Source: a virus
Direction: 5' to 3' (one strand)
Length of the DNA stretch: 64,000 nucleotides
IMG/VR virus record: IMGVR_UViG_3300025168_014097
Span: 1 to 64,000 of that record
The notes under the pieces were generated by a model. The model was not told the DNA's origin and ran no database searches. It worked only from the letters and a program-made list of their open reading frames with translations. Of the stretch, positions 28,183 to 37,775 are shown piece by piece; positions within the stretch are counted from its first letter, which is position 1, and the number at the start of each line of letters is the position of its first letter. The position numbers and the translations under genes were made by a program.

Positions 28183-28950
28183 TTCCAAGCCATTTATTAC
28201 ACGTTGTACATCATCTTCTATTATGTTGTAATGTGCTGTGATTCCATCCGGTCTGGTTGGTGGTAATTCATCTCGCACGTGTTCTCCACCCATACATTTA
28301 TGTGACAGTTGAATGTTAGGTTCAATAATTTCGAAATTATAACCTTTCGTTTTTGCTATATTATTCCAAACAGTCCATTTGGTATCCGTAGATGCGTGAA
28401 ACTCCATATAACCTTGGAGCTCTATAATTTTACTGTGGATAAATGGAATTGCAAGAAAGTCTTCAGTTGTAAACCCTTCCCCCGAAAATCCATTTACTCC
28501 ATCTAAAAAAGTAGATTTTACGATACTCACTTTACCGCTATTGCTCTCCATTATACCTTCCCATCCAACCGTTTTCATAGTTACATCATCGCTAAAAGGA
28601 AGTATGAATTCTCCTTCAGCTGCTGTAGCAAGTTCGTTCCACATCCTCCACAGATCTACATAACCTCCATACCTATCTCCTTTCAATAACTTCATATCAA
28701 ATACTTTATCGTATTTGTCTAATAAATGAAGATTGTCTAAAGTATTATGGTCATCATTATCAACACGTAAAATTATTTCTATCTTATCTTTATGTTCTGT
28801 AGTATTGTAGATCGATTCTAATGATGGGATCAACCCTCCTTCTTGAGCAAATCCATCATTATGAAAAGTTGGTATCATTCTATTTCTTGTAGGCATGATT
28901 ATAGATACCAACTTTTTATATTGGTTTGGTTTGATTGTAAATTCTTTCAT
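28165..28950 (-). CDS. Glycosyltransferase family 2-like
   Basis: VSIIMPTR, EIILRVDNDD, AEGEFI..SDD. Confidence 0.72.
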   Translation of the reverse strand: MKEFTIKPNQYKKLVSIIMPTRNRMIPTFHNDGFAQEGGLIPSLESIYNTTEHKDKIEIILRVDNDDHNTLDNLHLLDKYDKVFDMKLLKGDRYGGYVDLWRMWNELATAAEGEFILPFSDDVTMKTVGWEGIMESNSGKVSIVKSTFLDGVNGFSGEGFTTEDFLAIPFIHSKIIELQGYMEFHASTDTKWTVWNNIAKTKGYNFEIIEPNIQLSHKCMGGEHVRDELPPTRPDGITAHYNIIEDDVQRVINGLEVAQLK

Positions 28951-28951
28951 A

Positions 28952-29650
28952 TTATATATCTACTTTTATCCATTTTAACCATCCTCGTATTTCTACTGTA
29001 AATTTTTCTTCAACATCAGCTGGTCTGAAATCCTTATCAGCATATTGTTGTCCTTCATGTAATATTTTTTCATTATTTTGGAAGTCTGTATCTGAATCTA
29101 GAGGTTTATTATCTTTATGGTGAAATGCATAAAACATTCCTTCATCATTTCTATGCCATTCTATATTTAATAACTCTTTTGCTCGAGTTCTCGTATCATC
29201 ATCTTCCTTGCCCCATCCTATATACATAGAATTCAATCCTTTCATTTGATTCCAATGACTACGTGTTAAAATAAATACTCCTCCAGAATGATCACCAACA
29301 TCTATGTGGAATTTTTGATATCCTAATGGAATATCCATCTTGCCTAAAGATTTATCATTTTCATCTAAGAATATAACATTTCTAACTGGGTATGTTGGTT
29401 TATTGTCTATAACATCATATGATACATTGTCTGATGGCCAATGATCCACATCGTGAAATATAAGTACCTCACCCTGTGCTTGTTCTGCAGCTATATTATA
29501 GAGTGTATTCTTTCTAAACTTGTTAGCTCCTAACTGTTCTGATACAATAATCTCATACTCTGTATCTTTAAACTTTTCATGTAATCGTGGTAATAACTTT
29601 TTAAGATGTTCTTCACGATCTCTGTATGTAATTATAATTGAATACTTCAT
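28952..29650 (-). CDS. GT7-like (beta-1,4-galactosyltransferase-type) glycosyltransferase
   Basis: YRDREEHL, FHDVD, GG, GWGKEDDD. Confidence 0.85.
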   Translation of the reverse strand: MKYSIIITYRDREEHLKKLLPRLHEKFKDTEYEIIVSEQLGANKFRKNTLYNIAAEQAQGEVLIFHDVDHWPSDNVSYDVIDNKPTYPVRNVIFLDENDKSLGKMDIPLGYQKFHIDVGDHSGGVFILTRSHWNQMKGLNSMYIGWGKEDDDTRTRAKELLNIEWHRNDEGMFYAFHHKDNKPLDSDTDFQNNEKILHEGQQYADKDFRPADVEEKFTVEIRGWLKWIKVDI

Positions 29651-30522
29651 GATGAATACTTCTTTGTAAGTTTATCATACCATCCAGGCACTCGTTCATA
29701 TTGATGTAGTATTGGAAATATATTTCCATCTTCATTCATTACATATCCATCATCATTCATAATAGGAGCTGGTTCAAGAATGGTGTCTCCTAATTTAGGT
29801 CTCGCCTCTATAAGTGCACCAATCTGTGCAGCCCAATATTCTTTCGTCCCTGCCCATTGAGTTCTATCCTTATATACTGTATTCACTATCAGATTAAATG
29901 CTGGTTGATCTGAGTGCCATTGACCTACCGTCAGCAGGTATATATGGAGGCATAAATCGATTGCTGTATCTGCATTAGCTGCAAAGGAGCCCACATTAGA
30001 TACCATCATATCGTTTGCAAGATTCATAAATGTAATATCTCCAAACGATTTTCTGAAATTGTCTCTGTTCCAAGGTTCATTCCAATACTTCACACTTTCC
30101 GATGGTGAAATAATCTCTTTGGTCATATTATGATCTAACCATACAGTTGGATCATTCTGGAATATAATATCTCTCACGTCTGTATGTATTATGCGATTGA
30201 ATGTTCTTCCTTCTGATCTAAATTGGCATAGGAGCTGCCACATGTGAAAAAATCGTACATTATGTACTAGTAGATGTGCATTGGATGCATTTACTTGACT
30301 GCTGTTTGTTATGAAGTTATCTACGACTTGCCCTTTTGCATCTGTCGTTATTTCATATACTTCTATATCATTCTCACGGAGCTCATCTATAAGTGCTTTA
30401 TTAGAGTTATAAGATACCAATATCTTGTCTCCTTTAAATCCACACTGATTAACTGAATTTACCCAATTTTGTATTTGATCGAATTGATAATCTCCAATCG
30501 CTCCTATTATTAAATCCTTCAT
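29647..30522 (-). CDS. GT-A fold nucleotide-diphospho-sugar transferase
   Basis: RFF, TDVRDIIFQNDP, DQPAFN, HQYER. Confidence 0.7.
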   Translation of the reverse strand: MKDLIIGAIGDYQFDQIQNWVNSVNQCGFKGDKILVSYNSNKALIDELRENDIEVYEITTDAKGQVVDNFITNSSQVNASNAHLLVHNVRFFHMWQLLCQFRSEGRTFNRIIHTDVRDIIFQNDPTVWLDHNMTKEIISPSESVKYWNEPWNRDNFRKSFGDITFMNLANDMMVSNVGSFAANADTAIDLCLHIYLLTVGQWHSDQPAFNLIVNTVYKDRTQWAGTKEYWAAQIGALIEARPKLGDTILEPAPIMNDDGYVMNEDGNIFPILHQYERVPGWYDKLTKKYSS

Positions 30523-31145
30523 TATATTCCTCTATAGAATTCGTTTTGTGCTTCTTGTTTTGTTATTGATTTATGGTGTTGTATGGCGTATTTTGCATCG
30601 AATGGTAATCTACCGAATGCCTCATATCCATCTAACCGTTCGTGTACTGGTTGTATCCATTTTATGATTCCATTATTTTTATATATCCGCATTTGAGCAT
30701 CTGGCCAGTTAATCCAATTTTTATCATTTACCTGCCAGTTCCACTTCTCTACATGCTCATCAGTGATTCCTTCTACTGTATTCACTCTTGGCATCCAGAT
30801 TGCATCAACTTCATCATTCATCTTTATTATATCAGGTAATATACGAATTAAATCTAAGGGAAGCAACTCATCCGCATCTAAATTCACAATCCAATCTCCT
30901 GAGCATTTGCTTGTTAAAAAATTCTTCTGTGCTGCAAAGTCTTTATTGAGTGGATGAGTATACCATTTGAAATGGTTGTTACTTCGCGCATATGAATCAC
31001 ATATGAATTGAACTTTTTTTGTATGAGTCGTTTCATCTAAGACTACGACTACTTCGTCTGAAGTTCTAATATTTTCTAGCGATGTTAATAGTTCGTTGAG
31101 TTCTCTAGCTTCATTACATGCTAGTATTGCATAACTAATTTTCAT
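30522..31145 (-). CDS. Glycosyltransferase family 2
   Basis: ISYAILACNE, DFAAQKN, LDADE, WPD.Q.R, VHE. Confidence 0.85.
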   Translation of the reverse strand: MKISYAILACNEARELNELLTSLENIRTSDEVVVVLDETTHTKKVQFICDSYARSNNHFKWYTHPLNKDFAAQKNFLTSKCSGDWIVNLDADELLPLDLIRILPDIIKMNDEVDAIWMPRVNTVEGITDEHVEKWNWQVNDKNWINWPDAQMRIYKNNGIIKWIQPVHERLDGYEAFGRLPFDAKYAIQHHKSITKQEAQNEFYRGI

Positions 31146-31151
31146 AACGTA

Positions 31152-31715
31152 TTATTCCTTAGGCGGTTTTGGTGGTGCGGTAAAATCCATTTTATATTGT
31201 ATATCTGTAAAATTATACTGTACTACGTGACATCCTTTAATTCTATCTATATCGTAACTTCGATAATTTTCAACAAGTGCTTTTATACCTTTAATCCTGT
31301 CCCATTTAGCAAGTCCGTTCATCCCTGGAATATCTATGATTGGTATGAGGTTCCTGGCTACTCGAGTGACTGTTGGTTCTGGATGTTTGGGTTGTACTCG
31401 GGCTCCTATTTTAGGACCTGCCCACTGAACATCATAAGGCCTTGCTGCGAATATTAGGAATTGAGTTGGGGTAATTTTTTCCAAGTCTATTCCCCACATA
31501 TAGAATCCACGTGAATCAACATCATCTCCTCCTCCAGCTTGTCTTCCAAAATAAGGATCCGATACCCATAATAATCTTTTAACGTTTCTCGGTCCTTTTG
31601 GAGACTTTCCACTCCTATGATACGAACTTTGATACATGAATTCAACAATCATTCCTGCTTCTACCTTCATCTTACTTATCGGAAACTTTACCTTTGTATG
31701 TACGGCTGGATGCAT
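31152..31715 (-). CDS. Hypothetical protein
   Basis: 187-aa ORF in operon; no confident family. Confidence 0.65.
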   Translation of the reverse strand: MHPAVHTKVKFPISKMKVEAGMIVEFMYQSSYHRSGKSPKGPRNVKRLLWVSDPYFGRQAGGGDDVDSRGFYMWGIDLEKITPTQFLIFAARPYDVQWAGPKIGARVQPKHPEPTVTRVARNLIPIIDIPGMNGLAKWDRIKGIKALVENYRSYDIDRIKGCHVVQYNFTDIQYKMDFTAPPKPPKE

Positions 31716-31716
31716 A

Positions 31717-32184
31717 TTATTTTGTTTCTTCGATTACTAGGCCTAAATTAGCTATTGCATCTGCAAATTGCCAACTTTCATATGCTATACTATTTTCCAT
31801 ATCAAGTCTATTAGTATAGAATTTTCCGTCTTGACCTTCAATTGGCCATTTTTGTTGTTCTTCTTCTGGAATTTCTATCTCAGGAGCAAATCTATACCCC
31901 CACTGATCCTTACTTGTTCCATCAGGAAAAACTATACCTTTTTCTGGAATTTGTATTACTGATGGGATCCAAACTATTCCTCGTGCCTCATCTTCAACTG
32001 CCAAATCTGTAATTAATTGTGGAGCATCTCTTAGCACATTTTCAATTGCTTCTGATCCTATTTTGTAATGTTCATTTGACGCATACCCACAATCAAATGA
32101 CATATATGCGTCGCCTTCTTCAAGTCTTTCGTGGAAGCAATTACCTAATCCATCCACCGGACATGTTATTTTTGTTCTAGACAT
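31717..32184 (-). CDS. Hypothetical protein
   Basis: 155-aa ORF with N-terminal Cys residues; in operon. Confidence 0.65.
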   Translation of the reverse strand: MSRTKITCPVDGLGNCFHERLEEGDAYMSFDCGYASNEHYKIGSEAIENVLRDAPQLITDLAVEDEARGIVWIPSVIQIPEKGIVFPDGTSKDQWGYRFAPEIEIPEEEQQKWPIEGQDGKFYTNRLDMENSIAYESWQFADAIANLGLVIEETK

Positions 32185-32186
32185 TA

Positions 32187-33491
32187 TTATTCTCCCGCTT
32201 TTTGTAAGGTTGGTAACTCAATTGAATCAAATGATGGTAACGTCATTGGTATTTCCGATGCTGGTTTTGGAACATACTTTTCAACTAGTTGTGTGAACTT
32301 ATCATTCATCACATCCATACTGCCATTTTTTGTTATATAATGACGTTGACGTCTTCCCAAATCTTTAATATTTTTATATTTATTAAATGCATCTTGCATT
32401 GCTTTTTTAGCAAATTTATAGTTTGCATAAAACCAAGATGATTCTTTCAATATAACCTTATCCCAGACTGCACTTTCATGAACTGGAGTTACACTACCGA
32501 CGAGTCTAACTGAATGTTTTAGAAAGTCCTTGTGTCCGGACCACCACGTTGATATGATTGGCTTTCCACTTGTACTGAATTCTGCTAATGGTCGCCCATA
32601 CCCCTCTCCGTGAGTAAATGATACCATAGTTTTTACCTTTGGATGATTGTATAGTGAGTTTACTTCTGAATCTGTTAGTTCACCATGAATAAGATAAATC
32701 TTTGGTGGATTATCAAATCTATCAGTGATATCTTTAATCTTAGCTTTCATTTGCTCTCTATCAATTATACTGAAGGTTGCATGTGATGTTTTTAGAATCA
32801 TTGCAGGTTGTTTTGATTTACCATCAAACGCACTACAAAATGTTTCAATACATCCTCCGATATCTTTCCTGTCGTGGGTATGACCTCCTGATAGCCAATG
32901 ACCCATTTGTAAGAAGCAGAAATCTTCTGGTATTACATCAAGCATTTCTTGAATAGATGTATCTATAGTATTTTTAGAATCGTGCTTAGTTATGGCAAAA
33001 TAAGTATCTAGATCCACTCCTTCTAACAAAACTTCTATTGGTTTTTGTAACTGTAGTTTTGCGACCTCATTCCCATTATCCATTTTGGAATATACAGTCT
33101 CTATCAAAGTTTGCTTAGAATGGTGGGAAGGTACAATTATTAGATCCATTCTATTACATCCATCTAACCATTCATTATGTACTAATGTAGTTTCCATACC
33201 AGCTGTTATTCCTATATTGTAATTCCCTAACGGTTGAAATTCGTTTGGTACTGATAGTTGTACAAATACGTCTGGTTTTGGAAGACTACCTGCTTGTGGG
33301 TTATGTATTAAATTAGTGATATCACTATCACCTTCTCCTAATGCATTCATTGGAGTGTTTCCCCACCTTAAGCTAATTACCTTTATATCAAATTTATCCA
33401 TTGCAATTAAACTTCTTACAAGATCTCTTGCATGATCACCATATCCTGATCTAGTTGCTATTGGTCCTTGAAATACTAAAAATGGTCTCAT
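32187..33491 (-). CDS. GT-B glycosyltransferase (GT4-like)
   Basis: RSGYG, RK, GEGYGRPLAE (Ex7E), WSGHKDF. Confidence 0.85.
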   Translation of the reverse strand: MRPFLVFQGPIATRSGYGDHARDLVRSLIAMDKFDIKVISLRWGNTPMNALGEGDSDITNLIHNPQAGSLPKPDVFVQLSVPNEFQPLGNYNIGITAGMETTLVHNEWLDGCNRMDLIIVPSHHSKQTLIETVYSKMDNGNEVAKLQLQKPIEVLLEGVDLDTYFAITKHDSKNTIDTSIQEMLDVIPEDFCFLQMGHWLSGGHTHDRKDIGGCIETFCSAFDGKSKQPAMILKTSHATFSIIDREQMKAKIKDITDRFDNPPKIYLIHGELTDSEVNSLYNHPKVKTMVSFTHGEGYGRPLAEFSTSGKPIISTWWSGHKDFLKHSVRLVGSVTPVHESAVWDKVILKESSWFYANYKFAKKAMQDAFNKYKNIKDLGRRQRHYITKNGSMDVMNDKFTQLVEKYVPKPASEIPMTLPSFDSIELPTLQKAGE

Positions 33492-34978
33492 TGTTTATCT
33501 CCTAATATACTGTCAAAAATTATCCCAGATGGGTACTTTGGTGTTGGTGTTGACATATCTAACATTGCAAATTTTGGTCTAGGTTTCCACACATCTAACG
33601 TTGTTTCAACTGCATTTATAAAGTCATTGCACATATCTTCTGATTTGAATCCAGTTGCCATAGCCCACGTTCGACCTGCCATACCTCTACGATTCCGTTC
33701 GTCTGGTCCTAACTTATATACTTCCACCATTTTCTTTGCAATATCTTTTACACTTGCTCTACTATCATAAATGTATGGTGTTTGTGGCGATCCTTGTAGA
33801 TTTATTTGTGGGAATACTGGAAATGCCCATTCACCATGCTTTTTATGCTTTCCATTACTATTCGACGGCCAGGTGTCTGTATAATCAGTTTCCTTGATCA
33901 ACGAGCCATCCTCTTTTACAAAACCGCATTGGTCTTGTAATCCACCAGTTACGTTTACAAGTACTGGAGTTCCTGACATTATAGTCTCCATGCAACTTAA
34001 TCCAAATCCTTCTGCTGAACTTGTATTAATTCCACAATCTGATATATTATAAAAATAGTTTAATGTTCTTGAATCTATCTTTGCTGTAGAGAATCCGACT
34101 TTATAATCAGCACAGAGTGCTTTAGCTACTGCTGGAAGATCAGTACCATTTGGATCTACTGTATCCGTGTGTAAAAGGAATAAGCACTTATCTGCTTGTT
34201 CTTTTGGAAGTGTATCACAGAAAAGTCTATATGCTAACATAGCGTCTGATACCATTTTCCTTCTGATATTTCTACTGTTAAACGTAAATATCATTTCTGC
34301 ATCTATATTATCTCCAAGCAATTCTACTTTAAAGTTTTGCATATCATTCCACTCTGGGTGGTCATCAGCTATCGGATAATATTCACTTGGATTGATACCA
34401 TGAGGTACGTAGAATAAATCTTTTCCTTCTACTCTAGGTTTTCGTTGACAGACGTGTTTGTTAATATTATACGTTTGCTTTGAGATAGCCATAATAAAAT
34501 CACACGACTCATATGCATTTTCATTCCAATGAGGAAATGGAAGATCATCCCATATATTTAGATATCCTAAAGGTATAGTTTGTCTGATTTCATGTTCCAT
34601 TTGATATAACCATTCCCAAAATCTAGGATCCGTAAAGTGAATAATTACATCTGGTTTTTCTTGGTTTATGACATGTCTTAATAGATCTGGATTGCCATAT
34701 CCATCAGTTGGATATATTTTGCAATATGCATTTTGAACCCCAGTTTCTTTTACAAGATCTTGAGATATATCCACTAGCTTTCCTCCATCTGGATGTTTGA
34801 TTGCTCCTCCTATTTGAACCCAATCATATTTATGACACGTACCTTTTACTGTATTACGAGATACTGTTCCCACACCTGAGTGCATTCTCATATCATCTGA
34901 TAATAGTAAAATTTTCTTTTTTGCTTGAATAGGCTGATTATGTACCATTGAATTAGTTGGTAAATTTTGAATTTCCAT
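33488..34978 (-). CDS. GT-B glycosyltransferase (GT4-like)
   Basis: PHGI, RNIRRK, EGFGLSCME (Ex7E), GG. Confidence 0.88.
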   Translation of the reverse strand: MEIQNLPTNSMVHNQPIQAKKKILLLSDDMRMHSGVGTVSRNTVKGTCHKYDWVQIGGAIKHPDGGKLVDISQDLVKETGVQNAYCKIYPTDGYGNPDLLRHVINQEKPDVIIHFTDPRFWEWLYQMEHEIRQTIPLGYLNIWDDLPFPHWNENAYESCDFIMAISKQTYNINKHVCQRKPRVEGKDLFYVPHGINPSEYYPIADDHPEWNDMQNFKVELLGDNIDAEMIFTFNSRNIRRKMVSDAMLAYRLFCDTLPKEQADKCLFLLHTDTVDPNGTDLPAVAKALCADYKVGFSTAKIDSRTLNYFYNISDCGINTSSAEGFGLSCMETIMSGTPVLVNVTGGLQDQCGFVKEDGSLIKETDYTDTWPSNSNGKHKKHGEWAFPVFPQINLQGSPQTPYIYDSRASVKDIAKKMVEVYKLGPDERNRRGMAGRTWAMATGFKSEDMCNDFINAVETTLDVWKPRPKFAMLDMSTPTPKYPSGIIFDSILGDKQ

Positions 34979-35000
34979 ATATTATAACCCTTTTTTTTAT

Positions 35001-35189
35001 TTATAAGTTTCGTCCTAAGGTCTCCACCCTATTTATTTTCTTTCTAAACGATTCCTCATTAACATATAAGTATATCGATCGATTAACTAATTTTTGTAAA
35101 TTTATATCTGTTTCTAGACAAGTTTTTTTGAAATCTTTACGCAGTCCTTCTTTAATTTTGACTGACGTGAGTCGTATTTCTTCCGGCAT
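35001..35189 (-). CDS. Small DNA-binding protein (ribbon-helix-helix-like)
   Basis: LTSVKI strand followed by two amphipathic helices; GGGAG RBS before ATG 35189. Confidence 0.55.
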   Translation of the reverse strand: MPEEIRLTSVKIKEGLRKDFKKTCLETDINLQKLVNRSIYLYVNEESFRKKINRVETLGRNL

Positions 35190-35233
35190 AACTGTTCTCC
35201 CTTTATATATACATATATACGAGTCGTACAAAA

Positions 35234-35632
35234 CTAACTAATTATTACAACTTTTTTCTTATATTTTTTAGCTTCACTTATCGTATGATTAGTTTCTTTA
35301 CCATCCTCTCCATTTGGAGTAAATATTATCATTACATCACAGTATTTTGCTAGCATAGTGTTTCTCGTAAAGAAGTTTCCTGGGTTGTATGTCTTATTAT
35401 AATAATTTTCATGTAATGCTGAATATAAATTTTTTGGAGTGTGAGATGGATTGAACTCTAAGTATTCACATCCTAACTCTAACGCATATTTCTTTGCATA
35501 TTTATCCGCTCCTTGTTTGCATCCACTAGATGCTATTAATAAAGATTCACACTCATTCTTCAATTTATATATACATTCTTTTATCTTACGTTTATTTTCG
35601 TAATTGCGACTACCTACAATACCAACCTTCAT
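35234..35632 (-). CDS. SLOG superfamily (YspA/DprA-like) protein
   Basis: GIVGSR, SGCKQGAD, RN, T..TI..A.K. Confidence 0.7.
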   Translation of the reverse strand: MKVGIVGSRNYENKRKIKECIYKLKNECESLLIASSGCKQGADKYAKKYALELGCEYLEFNPSHTPKNLYSALHENYYNKTYNPGNFFTRNTMLAKYCDVMIIFTPNGEDGKETNHTISEAKKYKKKVVIIS

Positions 35633-35856
35633 AATTTTATCACCAATTTACCTTCATTCGGTGAATAACGTTCCAGTACTTCTAAGTTATATTCATCTAG
35701 TACTTCACATACTAGCTCTTTCATTCTATCACTATATCCAGTTACTATTTCAAATCTTTGCACTGGTTTGTCTGCTAGAATAATATCATTGATAAATTTA
35801 TCTACGATATCATATACATCTCTATGTCGTATTCCATGTAGATCTAATTTATTCAA
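35629..35856 (-). CDS. Stand-alone Smr domain protein
   Basis: LDLHG, IVTG, N.G signature. Confidence 0.75.
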   Translation of the reverse strand: MNKLDLHGIRHRDVYDIVDKFINDIILADKPVQRFEIVTGYSDRMKELVCEVLDEYNLEVLERYSPNEGKLVIKL

Positions 35857-36748
35857 CTACTCTCTCCTTTGATGGACATAAGTCTGGTCGAGTCTTGAAG
35901 TCACAGTATTTACAATTTTTATTATTCTTTCCTTTGACTGCAATGTAATCACGATCCGTATTATGCGATCCATCTACATTGAAAGCAGATCTAACAAACT
36001 CATCTACCGAGCTATTAATCTTATTCATGGTAGGCTTACCTGCAGCTGGATTAAATATTTGTACTCTCTTTTGTGGAAAGTCCATGTTTTCATATAGCTT
36101 GCGTTTTACAATAAAATATTCCACTCTGATATTATCTAATGGTACGTTGAACTGCTTTGCATAATACGATTTATATAATACCAACTGAGCAGTTTTAGTC
36201 GAATCAGCTTTCTGATACTTATTCCATCCCATTGTACTAGTTTTGATATCAATGATCTTATAAGTATTATCTCTAGTATCTTTAATAATCAAATCAATAT
36301 AACCTCTGAACTTCACATTCTGATTTACACTCATAGGAACAAGTAATGGTACCTCTACACCAATGAGTTCATGATTCTTTTTCTGGAAGTATTCTCCTCG
36401 TTTACTCAATACATAATCTAATATCAGAATACCATGTTCGTAGAATTCACCCATTTCAGCTGCATTAGTAAATTTAGGATCTTGTCCCATAGCACATGCT
36501 TTGCGATATTCTTTAGCCATCATCTTTTTCAAGATTTCATGCCAGTCTTCCTTATTAGCAGCTACTGCTGATTCTTCATACATAATAGTAAGATACGATT
36601 GTAGAGTTTCGTGGAACGCACTACCGAATAATGTATGTATTGATTGTGTATATACAGATAACTTATCTACATAGTTAAGCTTCCACTGACGTGGACAGTT
36701 AGCATACTGAGTATACTGTGAGTATGATATTTTATTTCCAGTCGCCAT
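35849..36748 (-). CDS. PD-(D/E)XK exonuclease (RecB/AddB-like)
   Basis: SYSQ..CP, GSAFH, E, GYID, IDIKT, QLVLY, CKYC...C. Confidence 0.85.
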   Translation of the reverse strand: MATGNKISYSQYTQYANCPRQWKLNYVDKLSVYTQSIHTLFGSAFHETLQSYLTIMYEESAVAANKEDWHEILKKMMAKEYRKACAMGQDPKFTNAAEMGEFYEHGILILDYVLSKRGEYFQKKNHELIGVEVPLLVPMSVNQNVKFRGYIDLIIKDTRDNTYKIIDIKTSTMGWNKYQKADSTKTAQLVLYKSYYAKQFNVPLDNIRVEYFIVKRKLYENMDFPQKRVQIFNPAAGKPTMNKINSSVDEFVRSAFNVDGSHNTDRDYIAVKGKNNKNCKYCDFKTRPDLCPSKERVVE

Positions 36749-37070
36749 TGATTACTATTTGTGATATTATTCCATATATTGATAGATCCTGAAACGTATC
36801 TTTTACAGATTCAGTTGTTACTTTTGCATCTTGCTTCAACAGTACTAATTGCTTTAATCTTTGAATCTTATCATTCATTCTAAACCATAATCCTGTTAAT
36901 GCAACATGTACTTCTTGCTCAGTCTCTAAATTAGATCCTACTGATATATTACCTTTACCATAATCCATCATCTTACTGGCAAACAATTCATATTGTTCTG
37001 CATGTATCTGTTCATATGCTTTTGCAATGTCTGGATACTTAGCTTTCAACTCGTCTCTACTATTCGTCAT
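36732..37070 (-). CDS. Nucleotide modification-associated domain (DUF1599-like, all-alpha)
   Basis: K..DYG..NI, RMNDKIQRL, ESVKDTFQDLSIY. Confidence 0.7.
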   Translation of the reverse strand: MTNSRDELKAKYPDIAKAYEQIHAEQYELFASKMMDYGKGNISVGSNLETEQEVHVALTGLWFRMNDKIQRLKQLVLLKQDAKVTTESVKDTFQDLSIYGIISQIVINGDWK

Positions 37071-37510
37071 TTCTTTATCTTTATTAGTTTTTTAATCAGC
37101 TTACGGTCCATGCCGTAAGTCTCAAGTATATTAGATATATACAATATCCCCCTTTTTTCTCGAAAAAGCAACAATAAATACGATTTTATTTCAGTTTTTC
37201 CTACTTCAAAATGTCGTGATAAATACTCAAGTAATTCGGGATTATATTTGTCAGCTTTTGCAGCCTTTACATACTTGCTAAACATTTTCTTCTTTGGAAG
37301 AATGCTAGAATACAATTTATACAATTGCTTCTTATCTGTAATATTTAGTGATTGGACTTCGTTTACTATCTCAAGTAAATCAGAGTTCATAGAGAGCCAT
37401 CTACTTACCATAAACGAACTCCATGACTTCCAATCACTTTCTGAGTAACTAGTAGCTGGAAGTTTGTTTACAGTTATATTATTGATGTGCTCAATTATGC
37501 TTTTACTCAT
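37067..37510 (-). CDS. Clamp loader small subunit (gp62-like)
   Basis: FMVSRWLSM motif, LPKKK..KY, adjacency to the large subunit. Confidence 0.65.
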   Translation of the reverse strand: MSKSIIEHINNITVNKLPATSYSESDWKSWSSFMVSRWLSMNSDLLEIVNEVQSLNITDKKQLYKLYSSILPKKKMFSKYVKAAKADKYNPELLEYLSRHFEVGKTEIKSYLLLLFREKRGILYISNILETYGMDRKLIKKLIKIKK

Positions 37511-37775
37511 CTGATGATGTTGGCATCTTCGGAATAAATTCTTCATTCACCCACTTACATGATGAGCATTCAAATACTTGCATTGGTGCTAGTGTTGGTT
37601 TCCCCGATGGTGATAACGACGCTGGAAGTTTCTTGAACATTGATGCTGGTGTGAATGTTGGATTCTCACACTTTTCACATATGACATCTTCTAGTGTATT
37701 TGGATCAATACTGATTGGTGTTGGTTCAGAGTTCTTCGGTCCTGAATTCCTTCCTCTATTGTTTACTACTTTCAT
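37503..37775 (-). CDS. Zinc-ribbon protein
   Basis: CEKC...SPSGK...CSSC. Confidence 0.7.
   Translation of the reverse strand: MKVVNNRGRNSGPKNSEPTPISIDPNTLEDVICEKCENPTFTPASMFKKLPASLSPSGKPTLAPMQVFECSSCKWVNEEFIPKMPTSSDE

Noticed and set aside
31152-31715. T4 gp2-like DNA end protector
   Set aside because: Only a vague resemblance (G....F.Y, G..L, YRSY); not enough to call without a profile search
35849-36748. Cas4 / CRISPR adaptation gene
   Set aside because: The Cys-flanked PD-(D/E)XK pattern is shared with phage RecB/AddB-like exonucleases; no cas1, cas2 or array
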